Shown here: in pieces, positions 50,621 to 59,978 of the stretch
How positions within the stretch are numbered: position 1 is the first letter of the stretch
Layout: each line of letters opens with the position of its first letter
DNA from: an uncultured Pseudomonadota bacterium
GTDB lineage: Bacteria > Pseudomonadota > Alphaproteobacteria > Rhizobiales > Beijerinckiaceae
Direction: 5' to 3'
DNA length: 64,000 nucleotides
NCBI GenBank assembly: GCA_963727035.1
Contig: CAVSEY010000001.1
Coordinates: 9,362-73,361 of the forward strand
The notes under the pieces: generated by a model
Told to the model about the DNA's origin: nothing
The model's input: only the letters and a program-made list of their open reading frames with translations
Databases searched by the model: none
Made by a program: the position numbers and the translations under genes

Positions 50621-53600
50621 TCAGCCCAGCCGGCCCGAAGCATGGGCGAGCAGGCTGTAAACCTTGCCGGTTTCAGAGGCCAGATAGGATCGCGTCATCA
50701 GGCCGTCGCGGTCCTGCCGGCCCACGTCGCCGAGCAGACGCTCGAATTCCTGCACATAGCGATCGACCGTCAGGCGGAAGTCGCGATCCTCGCTGTAGCG
50801 ATGACGCACGCCCTCGAAGGTCTTCTGGCCCTGGGCCGTATAGATCCGGCGGCTGAACGCCGACCGGTCTCCGCGGCGGAAGCGATTCCAGGCGTCGATC
50901 AACGCGCCTTCGTCCACCGCCTGGGCGATTTCCGCCGACAGGCTGTCGAGCGCGTCGGCCGGCGTGGCCGCGCGCCGCGGGGCCGGTTCGTCGGCGGAGG
51001 CGCGCGCCAGCAGTTCGCTCATCCAGCCGCCGCGCTCCGCCGGAGCGGCGGCCGCAGGAGCAGGGGCAGGGGCAGGAACTGGGGCAGGAGCAGCCAGCCG
51101 TGGCGGCTGCGGGCGCAGATCGAGCCGCGGCGCCTCCCTGACCGAGGTTTCGGCAGCCGGCTCCCGGCGCGGCGCCGGCTCCGCACGCGCCGGCTCTGGT
51201 CGGGCCGGCTCGGCGGGCTCGACCACATCGTATGTCCGGCCCGAACGGGCGACCAGTTCGGTCAATTCGTTGAGGGCCTTCATTTCGTCGGCGACGATCT
51301 TGCGCATGGTCGCCGCCTGTTCGCCGGTCTCGCGCGGGAGATCGACCATGCCGCGCTTCAACTCCTGGCGGGTCGCTTCCAGCTCGCGCTGGATCTCGCC
51401 GGTCATGGCGCGCAGCTCCTGCGATACGCCGGTGTAGCGTTCGGAGGCCTGCTGGAACAGCTGGTTCATCTGCGCCAGCGTCTGTTCATGGGCGGCGGTC
51501 AGCTCGCCGGCGGTCTTTTCGCGCTCGCGCGCCACTTGGTCGCGCAATTCGTCGTGCTGTTTGGTCAGCACGCCCGCCGTGCCCGCCGCCGCGGAGGCGA
51601 GGAAGGTTCCGACGTCGCGGGCGCGCGCGTCGGCCTGGGACAGCGTGCGCGCGATCATCGCGGCAAAACCGTCGAGGCGCATTTCATATTCGTTCTGCTG
51701 CTTCTCAGCCTCCTCGTGCAGCGCCTGAAGGCTATGCACGCGCGCCTCGAGCGCGGCGTCGATCGCCTCCTGGGCGCTCGACGCGTCGTTCAGGCGAGCC
51801 TTCAAGGCTTCGTCCACCCGGGTCTGGGCGGCGCTCAATTCGCGCAGGCGGGCGTCGAAGGCGCGGCCGATCATCGAATGCGCCACGTTCAGGTCGCGGA
51901 GCGCCTCCTGCAGCGTCTGCGCCTGGCCCTGCACCGCCTGGGCGGCGCCGCCGACGCCGCTTTCGATTTGCCGGGCCGTCGAGTCGAGGCGATCGGCCTC
52001 GCCCTGCAGGGTTGCGACCACCGCAGCGAGCGCGTCAATTCTCGGCGCCAGGGCGCTGTCGACCTGGGCCAGCCCGGCTTCGGCGTTATCGATCGTCGTC
52101 ATCAGGGCGCCGTGGGTTTGCGCCAGATTGCCGGCCAGCCCCTCGATTCCCTGCCTCATGCGCCGGTTCGCCTCGTCGAGGGCGCTGGTCATTTCGGTCT
52201 GACGGCGGCCGAGATGCGTGATCAGATCGTTCGAGCGCGTCGCGAGCGCGCCGACCGCGCTCTCGCTGAAGGCCACGATCTGCGAGACCACCTCGCCGCC
52301 GCGCTCGGTGAGCGTCTCGACCAGTTTCGTCCCTTGCGTTTCGTACCAGTCGCGCAGTTCGGCGGCGCGGGCGCCGAGTTCCTCGGTCAGCGCGCGGCCA
52401 CGGCCATCGACCGTTTCTTCGATATGGGCGATGCGGCGGTCCATATCCTGGCCGGTCGTGACGAGGCGGCCGACGACCTTGGTTTCGAACATGCCGATAC
52501 GTTCGTCCAGATCGGCGACGATCTCGCGGGCGCGCCCGCCGAGGGCGGCGTCGAGTTCGCGGCCCTTGACTTCGAGCCTTTCGCCGGTTTCGGCGAGGCG
52601 GCCGACGACCTTGGTTTCGAACATGCCGATACGTTCGTCCAGATCGGCGACGATCTCGCGGGCGCGCCCGCCGAAGGCTGCGTCGAGTTCGCGGCCCTTG
52701 ACTTCGAGCCTTTCGCCGGTTTCCGCGAGGCGGGCGACGACCTTGTTTTCGAACCGGTCGATATGTTCGTCCAGGTCGGCGACGATCTCGCGGGCGCGCC
52801 CACCGAGGGCGGCGTCGAGTTCGCGGCCCTTGACTTCAAGCTTTTCGCCGGTTTCCACGAGGTGGCCGACGATCTTGTTTTCGAACCGGTCGATATGTTC
52901 GTCCAGATGGAGGGCGATCTCACGGGCGCGGCCGCCGAGAGCGGCGTCGAGTTCGCGGCCCTTGACTTCAAGCTTTTCGCCGGTTTCCACGAGGTGGCCG
53001 ACGATCTTGTTTTCGAACCGGTCGATATGTTCGTCCAGATGGAGGGCGATCTCACGGGCGCGGCCGCCGAGAGCGGCGTCGAGTTCGCGGCCCTTGACTT
53101 CGAGCCTTTGGCCGGTTTCCGCGAGGCGGGCGACGACCTTGTTTTCGAACAGGTCGATATGGTTGTCCAGATGGGCGGCGATCTCATGGGCGCGGCCGCC
53201 GAGCGTGGCGTCGATTTCCATCGCCTTGGCGGATAGCTCCTCGGTGAGCGCGGTCGAACGGGCGAGAATGACGGCGTCCAGCTCCCGCGCCTTGGAGTCC
53301 AGCGCCCGTCCGACTTCGCGTCCGCCTTCGCCGAGCACCTTGGCGATGTCGATGGCGCGGCCCGCCAGAGCGTCGTTGAGATGGCTGGTCCGGGTCGAGA
53401 GGCTGCTCTCCGCCCTCGCGATCAGCTCGTCCATCACCTGCGCCACATCCTGGGCCTTGCCGGCCGTGCTGTCTTCGAAGCGGTCGATCTGCTGCTCCAG
53501 CAGGCGCGCTGTCTCCTCGGCGCGGCGGCCGAGGCGCGTTTCAAGCTGCGCGCCGTGGATGTTGATCGCCATTTCGATCGCCGCGAGGCGCGACGAGATC

Positions 53601-56600
53601 GAGGCAGCGAGGGCTTCGGACTGCGCGCCGATCCGCTCGGAGGCGGCGCCGCCCAGTTCGTTGATGGTCCTGTCGAAGCCCGCCAGCGTGTCGGCGAGCA
53701 TGACGCGCAAAGCCTCGGTCTCCATGCGGATATGATCCGCCGAGCCTTCGCCGCCCGAACGCAGCAGCTGATCGAGCGCCGCAAACTGGCCGATAAAATC
53801 CGCCTTGAGGCGCTCGCCATGGTCGCTGAGGCGCGCCTGGGTCTCGGCGACGCCGGCCGCCATGCGGCTCTCGAAGGCGTCGAGTTGCGAGGCGATCTCC
53901 TGCGCCAGAAAAGCCGCGTGCTGGCCGAGGCTGCCCGAGGCGTCCTCGCCGCCGCGCAGCATCGTCTGTTCGAAGGCGTCGAGACGCTCCGACAGGGTTT
54001 CGGTGACGCGGTCGCCATGGACGCCGATCGCCGCGACCGCTTCCGATGCGACCTGGGCGAAGCGCTTCTGGGCGTCGGTGACGCGCGCGGCGATGGTTTC
54101 GGCGGTCTGGCCAACGGTCTCGGCGAAATTGTGGTCGAGATTCGTGGTCTGCGCGAGCAGGGCGGCGACGGTGGCGTCGGAAGCGTCCTGGAACTGGGCC
54201 TGAGCGGTCGCGACATGCGCGCCGAGGACGTCCGCCACCGACTGGCCGATTTCGGCGAGCGACCGGCGCAGAAGCTCGGTTTGCGCGGCGCTTTGCGCGT
54301 TGATCTGGCCGAATTGCTCCTTGAAGGTTTCGGCGTGGCGCGTGAGAGCCGCGACATGGGCCCCGGAGGCCTCGGCGATGCTCTTTTCCACGCGGCCGCC
54401 CTGCGCCGCGACGGCGTCGATCGCCGTTTGCGCGCTTTGGCCGACGCGCTGCTGGAAGGTCTCGACCTGCGCGGCGAGCGCGGCGAGCGGGGCGTCGGCG
54501 ACGGCGGCGACGCCCTGGTCGAGGCGTTCGACATGGGCGCCGATGGCGTCGAGCGCCGATTGCGTCGCTTCGCCCAAACGCTGCTCCACCGCGTCGGTAT
54601 GGCTGACGAGGGCGGCGATATGCGTTTCGGTGGCGGTGATCACGCCGCGCTCCAGGCGCTCGCTATGCGCCGCTATGGCCTCGGACGCTTGTCGCGCCGT
54701 TTCGCCGAAGCGCTGCTCGAAGTCCTGCGTCTGGCCGACGAAGGCGGCGAACGGGGCCTCGGTCGCGGCAACGACGCTCTTTTCGAGGCGTTCGCCATGG
54801 GCGGCGATGGCCTGTACGGCCTCGCGCGCCAATTCGCCGAAGCGCTGCGCGAGCGTCTCGGCCTGGGCGATCAATTGGGCGACCGGCGCCTCGGCCGCCG
54901 CGGCGACGCTCTTTTCGAGGCGTTCGCTATGCGCCGCTATGGCCTCGGACGCCTGTCGCGCCGTTTCGCCGAAGCGCTGCTCGAAGTCCTGCGTCTGGCC
55001 GACAAACGCGGCGAGGGGCGCTTGGGTCGCCGCAACGACGCTCTTTTCGAGGCGCTCGCCATGGGCGGCGATAGCCTGTTCGGCCTCGCGCGCCGATTTG
55101 CCGAAGCGTTGCGCGAGGGTCTCGGCCTGGGCGATAAATTGGGCGACCGGCGCTTCGGTCGCCGCAACGACGGTCCTTTCGAGGCGCTCGCCATGGGCGG
55201 CAATGGCCTGTTCGGCTTCGCGCGCCGATTTGCCGAAGCGCTGCGCGAGGGTCTCGGCCTGGGCGATAAATTGGGCGACCGGCGCTTCGGTCGCCGCAAC
55301 GACGCTCTTTTCGAGGCGCTCGCCATGGGCGGCGATGGCCTGTTCGGCCTCGCGCGCCGTTTCGCCGAAACGCTGCGCCAGCGTCTCGGCCTTGGCGATC
55401 AATTGGGCGACCGGCGCCTCGGCCGCCGCGACGACGCCCTGGTCCAGGCGCTCAATATGGGCGCCGATGGCGTCGAGGGTCGCCTGGGTCGCTTCGCCGA
55501 GCCGCAGTTCGAGCGTATCGGCCTGGCTGGCGAGGGCGGCGATATGGGTTTCCGTCGCCGAAATGACGCCGCGCTCCAGTCGCTCGCTATGCGCGACGAT
55601 CGCGTCGGTCGCCTGCTGGGCGGTTTCGCCGAAGCGCTGCTCGAAGCCATCGGTATGGCTGGCGAGGGCGGCGAGTCGGGTTTCGGTCGCCAAAGCCACG
55701 TCGCGCTCGAGCCGGTCGGCTTGGGCGACGATGGATTCCACCGTCTGCTGCGCCGTTTCGCCGAACAGCCGCTGGAAGGATTCGGTATGTCCGACCAGCG
55801 AGGACAGCTGGTCCTGGGTCGCGGCCGCGACCAGATGTTCGAGCCGTTCGCCCTGGATGGCGACGGTTTCGATGGCGCTTTGCGCGGTTCGAGCGAATTG
55901 CTCCTGGAACGCCTCGGTCTGCCCGGCCAGCGCGACGAGCGTCTCTCGCATGGCCCCGCCGACATTGTTTTCGAGGCTCTGGACATTATGGGTGAGCGCG
56001 CTTTCGATCCGCCCGGATTCGGTTTCGAACCGTTCGAGCGTGGCGCTGGTCAGCTCGTCGAGCCGATGCCTGATGCTTTCGACCTTTTCGTCGACCGCGG
56101 CGAGATTGGACGTGGTCGCCTGTTCCAGAACGTCGCGCAGGTTGACCGTATGGCCGGCGACCGATTCCACCGCCTCGCCCGCGACCTGCGCGAACTGGGC
56201 GTTGAACGCCTCGGCGTGGCCCGCGAAGGCGGCCAGCGTCTCGTTCGCCGCCTGGCCGAAATTTTCACGCAGGGCGGTCGCGTGACTGCCGACCTCCTCG
56301 GCGGTCCTGGCGCTGACCGTGGCGTAGGCTTCGCCGATCGCTTCGACATTGGCGCCGAAGTCCTCGATCGTCTTTTGCGTCGTTTCGCCGACATGGCGGC
56401 GGAAGGCTTCGGCCCTGAGGGTCATCTGCTCGATCGCGGCGGCGGCGGCGGCGGAGAACTCCTCGACCGTGCGCTGGCGATGGTCGGCCAGGGTCCCGGT
56501 AAAGGCGCCGCTCAGCGCGGCAAGCTGGCTGCGCGCCTCCTCGGACTGCTGGCCGAGGCTCGCGGCGAGGTCGTCGCCGGTCAAGGCCAGCGAATGCTGG

Positions 56601-57760
56601 AACTCCGGTCCCTTGACGGTGATCAGTTCGTCGAAGCGGTCAATCTGGCGGGTCAGGCCGCCCGCCAGTTCCTCGGCGCGCTCCTCGAGCCGCCGCGCGG
56701 TCTGCAGGCTCGCGTCGTGGAAGCGGTCGAGCAGGATTCGGCTCCGCTCGTCGATCTGACGCAGCAAGGTTTCGCCCGATTGCGAAAAGGCCCCTTCGAT
56801 GGCTCCGCCCTTGGCGTCGAGCGCGGAAGCGATGCGGTCGCCGGCCTGCGCCAGCATTTCCGTCATCTGGCGGGTCGACGATTCGAGCTCGCTGGCGACG
56901 GCGGTATGGGCGCTGGAAAGGGCTTCGGAAATCTGGTCGGCGTTGGCGACGATGGATTCGCGCTCGCTCGTCAGTTCATTGAGCAGGACGCGGATGCGGC
57001 GCTCGTTTTCGCTATAGGTGCGCTCAAGTTGGGCCACCTCGGCGCGGACCATGGTTTCCAGCTCGCCGGCGCGCGCCAGCGCCCGTTCGATGCCGTCGCC
57101 CATGGAGGCGACCTCGCGGCGGATCGCCTGGCTCAAGGTCACGACCTGTTCGGTGGCGATGGTTTCGGGCTCGGCGAGACGGATCGCCACCTGGGCCATG
57201 GAGCGGGCGGTGTGGCGCATTTCCTGGGAACGGCGCAGAACGGCGCCCATGGCGAGGAAGAAAATGACCGGCCCGATCAGGGCGAAGGCCGAGATCGCCG
57301 CGCGCGGGGCGAACAGCGGGCCGGAGAAGGCCGCGCCATGGGTGAAGATGAAATTGCCGACCCACAAACCGATCCAGGCGGCCGAGCCGATGATCGCCAC
57401 GGTCATGGCGCTGGAGTCGGGACGGCTTTGCAGCGTCTGCAGGATCTGGCCGACCGAAGGCAGGTCGTCGTTGGCCGGCCGGGGGCTCGACGGCGGGCGC
57501 GCCGGGTCGGGCTGTCTGGAAACGGCGGCCAGTTCGTCCGGCGCGACTTCGGGCATGCGCGGCGCGGGCGCCAGATCGTCAAGGCGCGGTTCCGAGCGCG
57601 GTGTCGGAAGATGGAAGTCCAGCTTGGCGGATTGCTCGGGCGAGTCCGGTTCGGGCGCGGGCGTCGCCGAGGCTTCCGAGTCGAGATTGAGCCGGAGCGC
57701 GTCCTCGATCGCCGACAAAGCGGCGGCCGCGGGATCCTGAGCCTTGCTCGGTGTGGACAT
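50621..57760 (-). CDS. giant (2379 aa) membrane-anchored coiled-coil/apolipoprotein-like repeat protein, GPR/RgsE-like (polar growth scaffold) candidate
   Basis: ATG at 57760 (MSTPSKAQDP...). Pro-rich N-terminus with ANDDLPSVGQILQTLQSRP, two transmembrane helices (MTVAIIGSAAWIGLWVGNFIF, ISAFALIGPVIFFLAMGAVL) and about 1900 aa of helical 44-aa repeats. These are followed by a Pro/Ala-rich linker and a globular C-terminal domain (...IYTAQGQKTFEGVRHRYSEDRDFRLTVDRYVQEFERLL...). Confidence 0.85.
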   Translation of the reverse strand: MSTPSKAQDPAAAALSAIEDALRLNLDSEASATPAPEPDSPEQSAKLDFHLPTPRSEPRLDDLAPAPRMPEVAPDELAAVSRQPDPARPPSSPRPANDDLPSVGQILQTLQSRPDSSAMTVAIIGSAAWIGLWVGNFIFTHGAAFSGPLFAPRAAISAFALIGPVIFFLAMGAVLRRSQEMRHTARSMAQVAIRLAEPETIATEQVVTLSQAIRREVASMGDGIERALARAGELETMVRAEVAQLERTYSENERRIRVLLNELTSERESIVANADQISEALSSAHTAVASELESSTRQMTEMLAQAGDRIASALDAKGGAIEGAFSQSGETLLRQIDERSRILLDRFHDASLQTARRLEERAEELAGGLTRQIDRFDELITVKGPEFQHSLALTGDDLAASLGQQSEEARSQLAALSGAFTGTLADHRQRTVEEFSAAAAAAIEQMTLRAEAFRRHVGETTQKTIEDFGANVEAIGEAYATVSARTAEEVGSHATALRENFGQAANETLAAFAGHAEAFNAQFAQVAGEAVESVAGHTVNLRDVLEQATTSNLAAVDEKVESIRHRLDELTSATLERFETESGRIESALTHNVQSLENNVGGAMRETLVALAGQTEAFQEQFARTAQSAIETVAIQGERLEHLVAAATQDQLSSLVGHTESFQRLFGETAQQTVESIVAQADRLERDVALATETRLAALASHTDGFEQRFGETAQQATDAIVAHSERLERGVISATETHIAALASQADTLELRLGEATQATLDAIGAHIERLDQGVVAAAEAPVAQLIAKAETLAQRFGETAREAEQAIAAHGERLEKSVVAATEAPVAQFIAQAETLAQRFGKSAREAEQAIAAHGERLERTVVAATEAPVAQFIAQAETLAQRFGKSAREAEQAIAAHGERLEKSVVAATQAPLAAFVGQTQDFEQRFGETARQASEAIAAHSERLEKSVAAAAEAPVAQLIAQAETLAQRFGELAREAVQAIAAHGERLEKSVVAATEAPFAAFVGQTQDFEQRFGETARQASEAIAAHSERLERGVITATETHIAALVSHTDAVEQRLGEATQSALDAIGAHVERLDQGVAAVADAPLAALAAQVETFQQRVGQSAQTAIDAVAAQGGRVEKSIAEASGAHVAALTRHAETFKEQFGQINAQSAAQTELLRRSLAEIGQSVADVLGAHVATAQAQFQDASDATVAALLAQTTNLDHNFAETVGQTAETIAARVTDAQKRFAQVASEAVAAIGVHGDRVTETLSERLDAFEQTMLRGGEDASGSLGQHAAFLAQEIASQLDAFESRMAAGVAETQARLSDHGERLKADFIGQFAALDQLLRSGGEGSADHIRMETEALRVMLADTLAGFDRTINELGGAASERIGAQSEALAASISSRLAAIEMAINIHGAQLETRLGRRAEETARLLEQQIDRFEDSTAGKAQDVAQVMDELIARAESSLSTRTSHLNDALAGRAIDIAKVLGEGGREVGRALDSKARELDAVILARSTALTEELSAKAMEIDATLGGRAHEIAAHLDNHIDLFENKVVARLAETGQRLEVKGRELDAALGGRAREIALHLDEHIDRFENKIVGHLVETGEKLEVKGRELDAALGGRAREIALHLDEHIDRFENKIVGHLVETGEKLEVKGRELDAALGGRAREIVADLDEHIDRFENKVVARLAETGERLEVKGRELDAAFGGRAREIVADLDERIGMFETKVVGRLAETGERLEVKGRELDAALGGRAREIVADLDERIGMFETKVVGRLVTTGQDMDRRIAHIEETVDGRGRALTEELGARAAELRDWYETQGTKLVETLTERGGEVVSQIVAFSESAVGALATRSNDLITHLGRRQTEMTSALDEANRRMRQGIEGLAGNLAQTHGALMTTIDNAEAGLAQVDSALAPRIDALAAVVATLQGEADRLDSTARQIESGVGGAAQAVQGQAQTLQEALRDLNVAHSMIGRAFDARLRELSAAQTRVDEALKARLNDASSAQEAIDAALEARVHSLQALHEEAEKQQNEYEMRLDGFAAMIARTLSQADARARDVGTFLASAAAGTAGVLTKQHDELRDQVAREREKTAGELTAAHEQTLAQMNQLFQQASERYTGVSQELRAMTGEIQRELEATRQELKRGMVDLPRETGEQAATMRKIVADEMKALNELTELVARSGRTYDVVEPAEPARPEPARAEPAPRREPAAETSVREAPRLDLRPQPPRLAAPAPVPAPAPAPAAAAPAERGGWMSELLARASADEPAPRRAATPADALDSLSAEIAQAVDEGALIDAWNRFRRGDRSAFSRRIYTAQGQKTFEGVRHRYSEDRDFRLTVDRYVQEFERLLGDVGRQDRDGLMTRSYLASETGKVYSLLAHASGRLG
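52400..53260 (-). repeat. in-frame 132-bp (44-aa) tandem array B inside the giant gene, including two identical units
   Basis: The landmark gagttcgcggcccttgacttc recurs at 52553, 52685, 52817, 52949 and 53081, exactly 132 bp apart. Protein unit: LEVKGRELDAALGGRAREI(A/V)..LDE(H/R)I..FE(N/T)K(I/V)VG(H/R)L.ETGE(K/R). Confidence 0.9.
54250..56000 (-). repeat. in-frame 132-bp (44-aa) tandem array A inside the giant gene (about 14-16 units)
   Basis: ggcgat[ac]aattgggcgaccgg recurs at 54866, 55130, 55262 and 55394 (multiples of 132). Protein unit: QRFG.(T/S)AREAEQAIAAHGERLEKSVVAATEAPVAQFIAQAETLA with graded divergence toward the edges. Confidence 0.85.
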
Positions 57761-58102
57761 ATCGAAATCGCCTTTACAACTGACACGACGGGGCGCGGCG
57801 CAATGGCCAACGACCGGTAAACGGCCGAAATTCCGGCGGTTAACCAAGTCTCACTTTACGCTCGCGCCGATGCGAAGAAAACGGGCGCGCCTCAGGCTTT
57901 TGCGAACGTCGTTAACGGACGATTAGCCATATTTGCCAAAAAACCCGGAACGGCCTGAGGAATAAGGGTTGCGTGAATATACGCGTTCTAGGCTGGCTGC
58001 ACCAGAAAGTTGTGGATTCCCGCAAGATGCAGCTCTGGCATGCGGCCTTGCGCGGCGGATGAGGCCTCCGCTCGCGCCGCCGCCCCGCCGATTGGGGTTG
58101 AA

Positions 58103-58486
58103 ATGAACTTCTCCGCACATCGTCCGTTTGACGGCTCCGCCCCTTCCGGAGATCCGGCGCGCGCCGACACGCCGATCGACCTTGGCCATCTCGCGCGCCA
58201 GACCATGGGCGACCGCGAACTGGAAACCGAATTGCTCGCCTTGTTCGACCGGCAGGCGGCCCAGATCGCGCGCAAGCTGAAAAACCCGGTCGCGGGCGCC
58301 GCCTCGGCCGATCTTGCCCACAAGCTCAAAGGCTCGGCCCGCGCCATCGGCGCGAACGCGGTCGCCATCGCCGCCGACCATTATGAACATGCGGCCCGCG
58401 CCGGCGCGCTCAGCCAGATCGACGCCGACCGGCTCGTCGCGGCGACGGCGGCGGTCCGCGCATTTCTGCGCGCGTTGAAAGCCTAA
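58103..58486 (+). CDS. single-domain Hpt (histidine phosphotransfer) protein
   Basis: MGDRELETELLALFDRQ...LAHKLKGSARAIGANAV (HxxKG phospho-His motif). Start at ATG 58103. Confidence 0.75.
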   Translation: MNFSAHRPFDGSAPSGDPARADTPIDLGHLARQTMGDRELETELLALFDRQAAQIARKLKNPVAGAASADLAHKLKGSARAIGANAVAIAADHYEHAARAGALSQIDADRLVAATAAVRAFLRALKA

Positions 58487-59277
58487 TCCAGAAAGTTCTC
58501 CACTTTCGCCATGAAGCCCTCGGGCGCCTCGACGCAGGAAAGATGCGCCGCCGGCAGACGCGCGATCTGCGATTTGGGCAGGGCGCGGGCCAAAGCCTCT
58601 CCGAGCGCGGGGGGCGTCGAGGCGTCGGACTCGCCGACGATCACCAGGGCCGGACGCGCCGGCGCGGCGCGGATCGCGTCGCGCAGATCGGCGTCGCGCA
58701 GCGCCGCGCAGCAGCCCGCATAGCCGAGCGGCGGCGAAGCGCGCAGCAGGCTTTCCACCTGAGCATATTTTTCGGGATTTCCGGCGCGGAACGCCGGCGT
58801 CAGCCAGCGCTGGACCACCATCGCCGCGAGATCGGCCATTTTGCCGCCGCGCGCGGCGCGTATGCGGGCGTTCCAGCCGTCGGGGCCGGGGAAATGAGCG
58901 GCGGTGTTGGCGAGGACGATTTGATCGAGCCGCTCGGGCGCGTTGATCATCAGCCATTGCCCGACCGCCCCGCTCATCGACAGGCCGATGTAATGCGCGC
59001 GGGCGAGGCCGAGCGCGTCCATCAGGGCGAGGACGTCGCCGCCGAGATCGGCCAGGGCATAGGGGCCGGGCGGAACCTCCGAGCCGCCATGGCCGCGCGC
59101 GTCGAACCGCACGACGAAGAATTTCCTGGCGAGCATCGGCGCGACCGCGTCCCAGACGGAGAGATCCGCGCCGAGCGGATGACCGAGGATCACGGCGGGC
59201 GCTTCGCGCAGGCCTTCGACGACGACATTCAAAGTCAGCGCGCCAGCCTTCACTTTGGTCATCGGATTGGTCCTCAA
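58483..59277 (-). CDS. alpha/beta hydrolase, 3-oxoadipate enol-lactonase (PcaD)-like
   Basis: LGHPLGADLSVWD...FDARGHGGS...GLSMSGAVGQ (nucleophile elbow GxSxG) ...LANTAAHFPGPDGWNARI. Confidence 0.7.
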   Translation of the reverse strand: MRTNPMTKVKAGALTLNVVVEGLREAPAVILGHPLGADLSVWDAVAPMLARKFFVVRFDARGHGGSEVPPGPYALADLGGDVLALMDALGLARAHYIGLSMSGAVGQWLMINAPERLDQIVLANTAAHFPGPDGWNARIRAARGGKMADLAAMVVQRWLTPAFRAGNPEKYAQVESLLRASPPLGYAGCCAALRDADLRDAIRAAPARPALVIVGESDASTPPALGEALARALPKSQIARLPAAHLSCVEAPEGFMAKVENFLD

Positions 59278-59966
59278 ATCAATTTCATCGCGCGCATCGA
59301 GGCATGGCCGTTGCGCCCGACGATGAGGTGGTCGTGCAGCTTGACCCCCAGCGGCTTGGCGAGAGCGGCGATGGTTTCGGTCATGGTCACGTCGGCGGTG
59401 GACGGCGTCGGGTCGCCGGAAGGATGGTTATGGACGAGGATCACTGCGCTGGCGTTCAGCGCCAGCGCGCGGCGGATCACTTCGCGGGGGTAGACCGGCG
59501 CATGGTCCACGGTGCCCTGGCCCATGACCTCGTCGGCGATCAGGCCGTTTTTCTTGTCGAGGAAAAGCACCCGGAATTCTTCGGTTTCCCGGAAGGCCAT
59601 GGCGCCGCGGCAATAGTCCAGCACCTGTGCGAAGGAGCCAAGCTCCAGCCGCTTTTTCATCGACTGTTTCGCCAGCAGCAGGGCGGCCGCCTCGACGATC
59701 TTCAGTTCCGCCACCACCGCGTCGCCGACATAATCCACTTCCTTCAGGCGCGCCGGCGGCGCGGAGATCACGTCCGCGAAGGAGCCGAAGCGCTGGAGCA
59801 GCGTCTTGGCGATGGGTTTGACGTCGCGGCGCGGAATGGCGCGAAACAGCAGCAGTTCCAGCAGTTCGTAATCGTGCAGCCCCGCGGCGCCGCCTTTCAG
59901 GAAGCGCTCGCGCAGGCGCTCGCGATGGCCGGCGTTGAGTGAATCCCTGGTCGTCTGCTGGTCCAC
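59274..59966 (-). CDS. radC: RadC-family JAMM/MPN+ protein
   Basis: ELLELLLFRAIPRRDVKPIAK...ILVHNHPSGDPTPSTADVTMT. Confidence 0.85.
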   Translation of the reverse strand: MDQQTTRDSLNAGHRERLRERFLKGGAAGLHDYELLELLLFRAIPRRDVKPIAKTLLQRFGSFADVISAPPARLKEVDYVGDAVVAELKIVEAAALLLAKQSMKKRLELGSFAQVLDYCRGAMAFRETEEFRVLFLDKKNGLIADEVMGQGTVDHAPVYPREVIRRALALNASAVILVHNHPSGDPTPSTADVTMTETIAALAKPLGVKLHDHLIVGRNGHASMRAMKLI

Positions 59967-59978
59967 GGCGGCGCCCGA

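Noticed and set aside
52400-53260. Regular 132-bp tandem repeats, considered as a possible CRISPR or satellite array.
   Set aside because: There is no repeat-spacer structure. The units are contiguous and in frame, and they encode a 44-aa protein repeat. No cas genes are present.
50642-57820. Long plus-strand ORFs (864, 505, 1479 and 661 aa) and several minus-strand off-frame ORFs across the giant gene.
   Set aside because: All are alternative frames or the antisense strand of the 2379-aa repeat protein. They inherit its periodicity but have Arg/Gly- or Ser/Ala-rich shadow composition.
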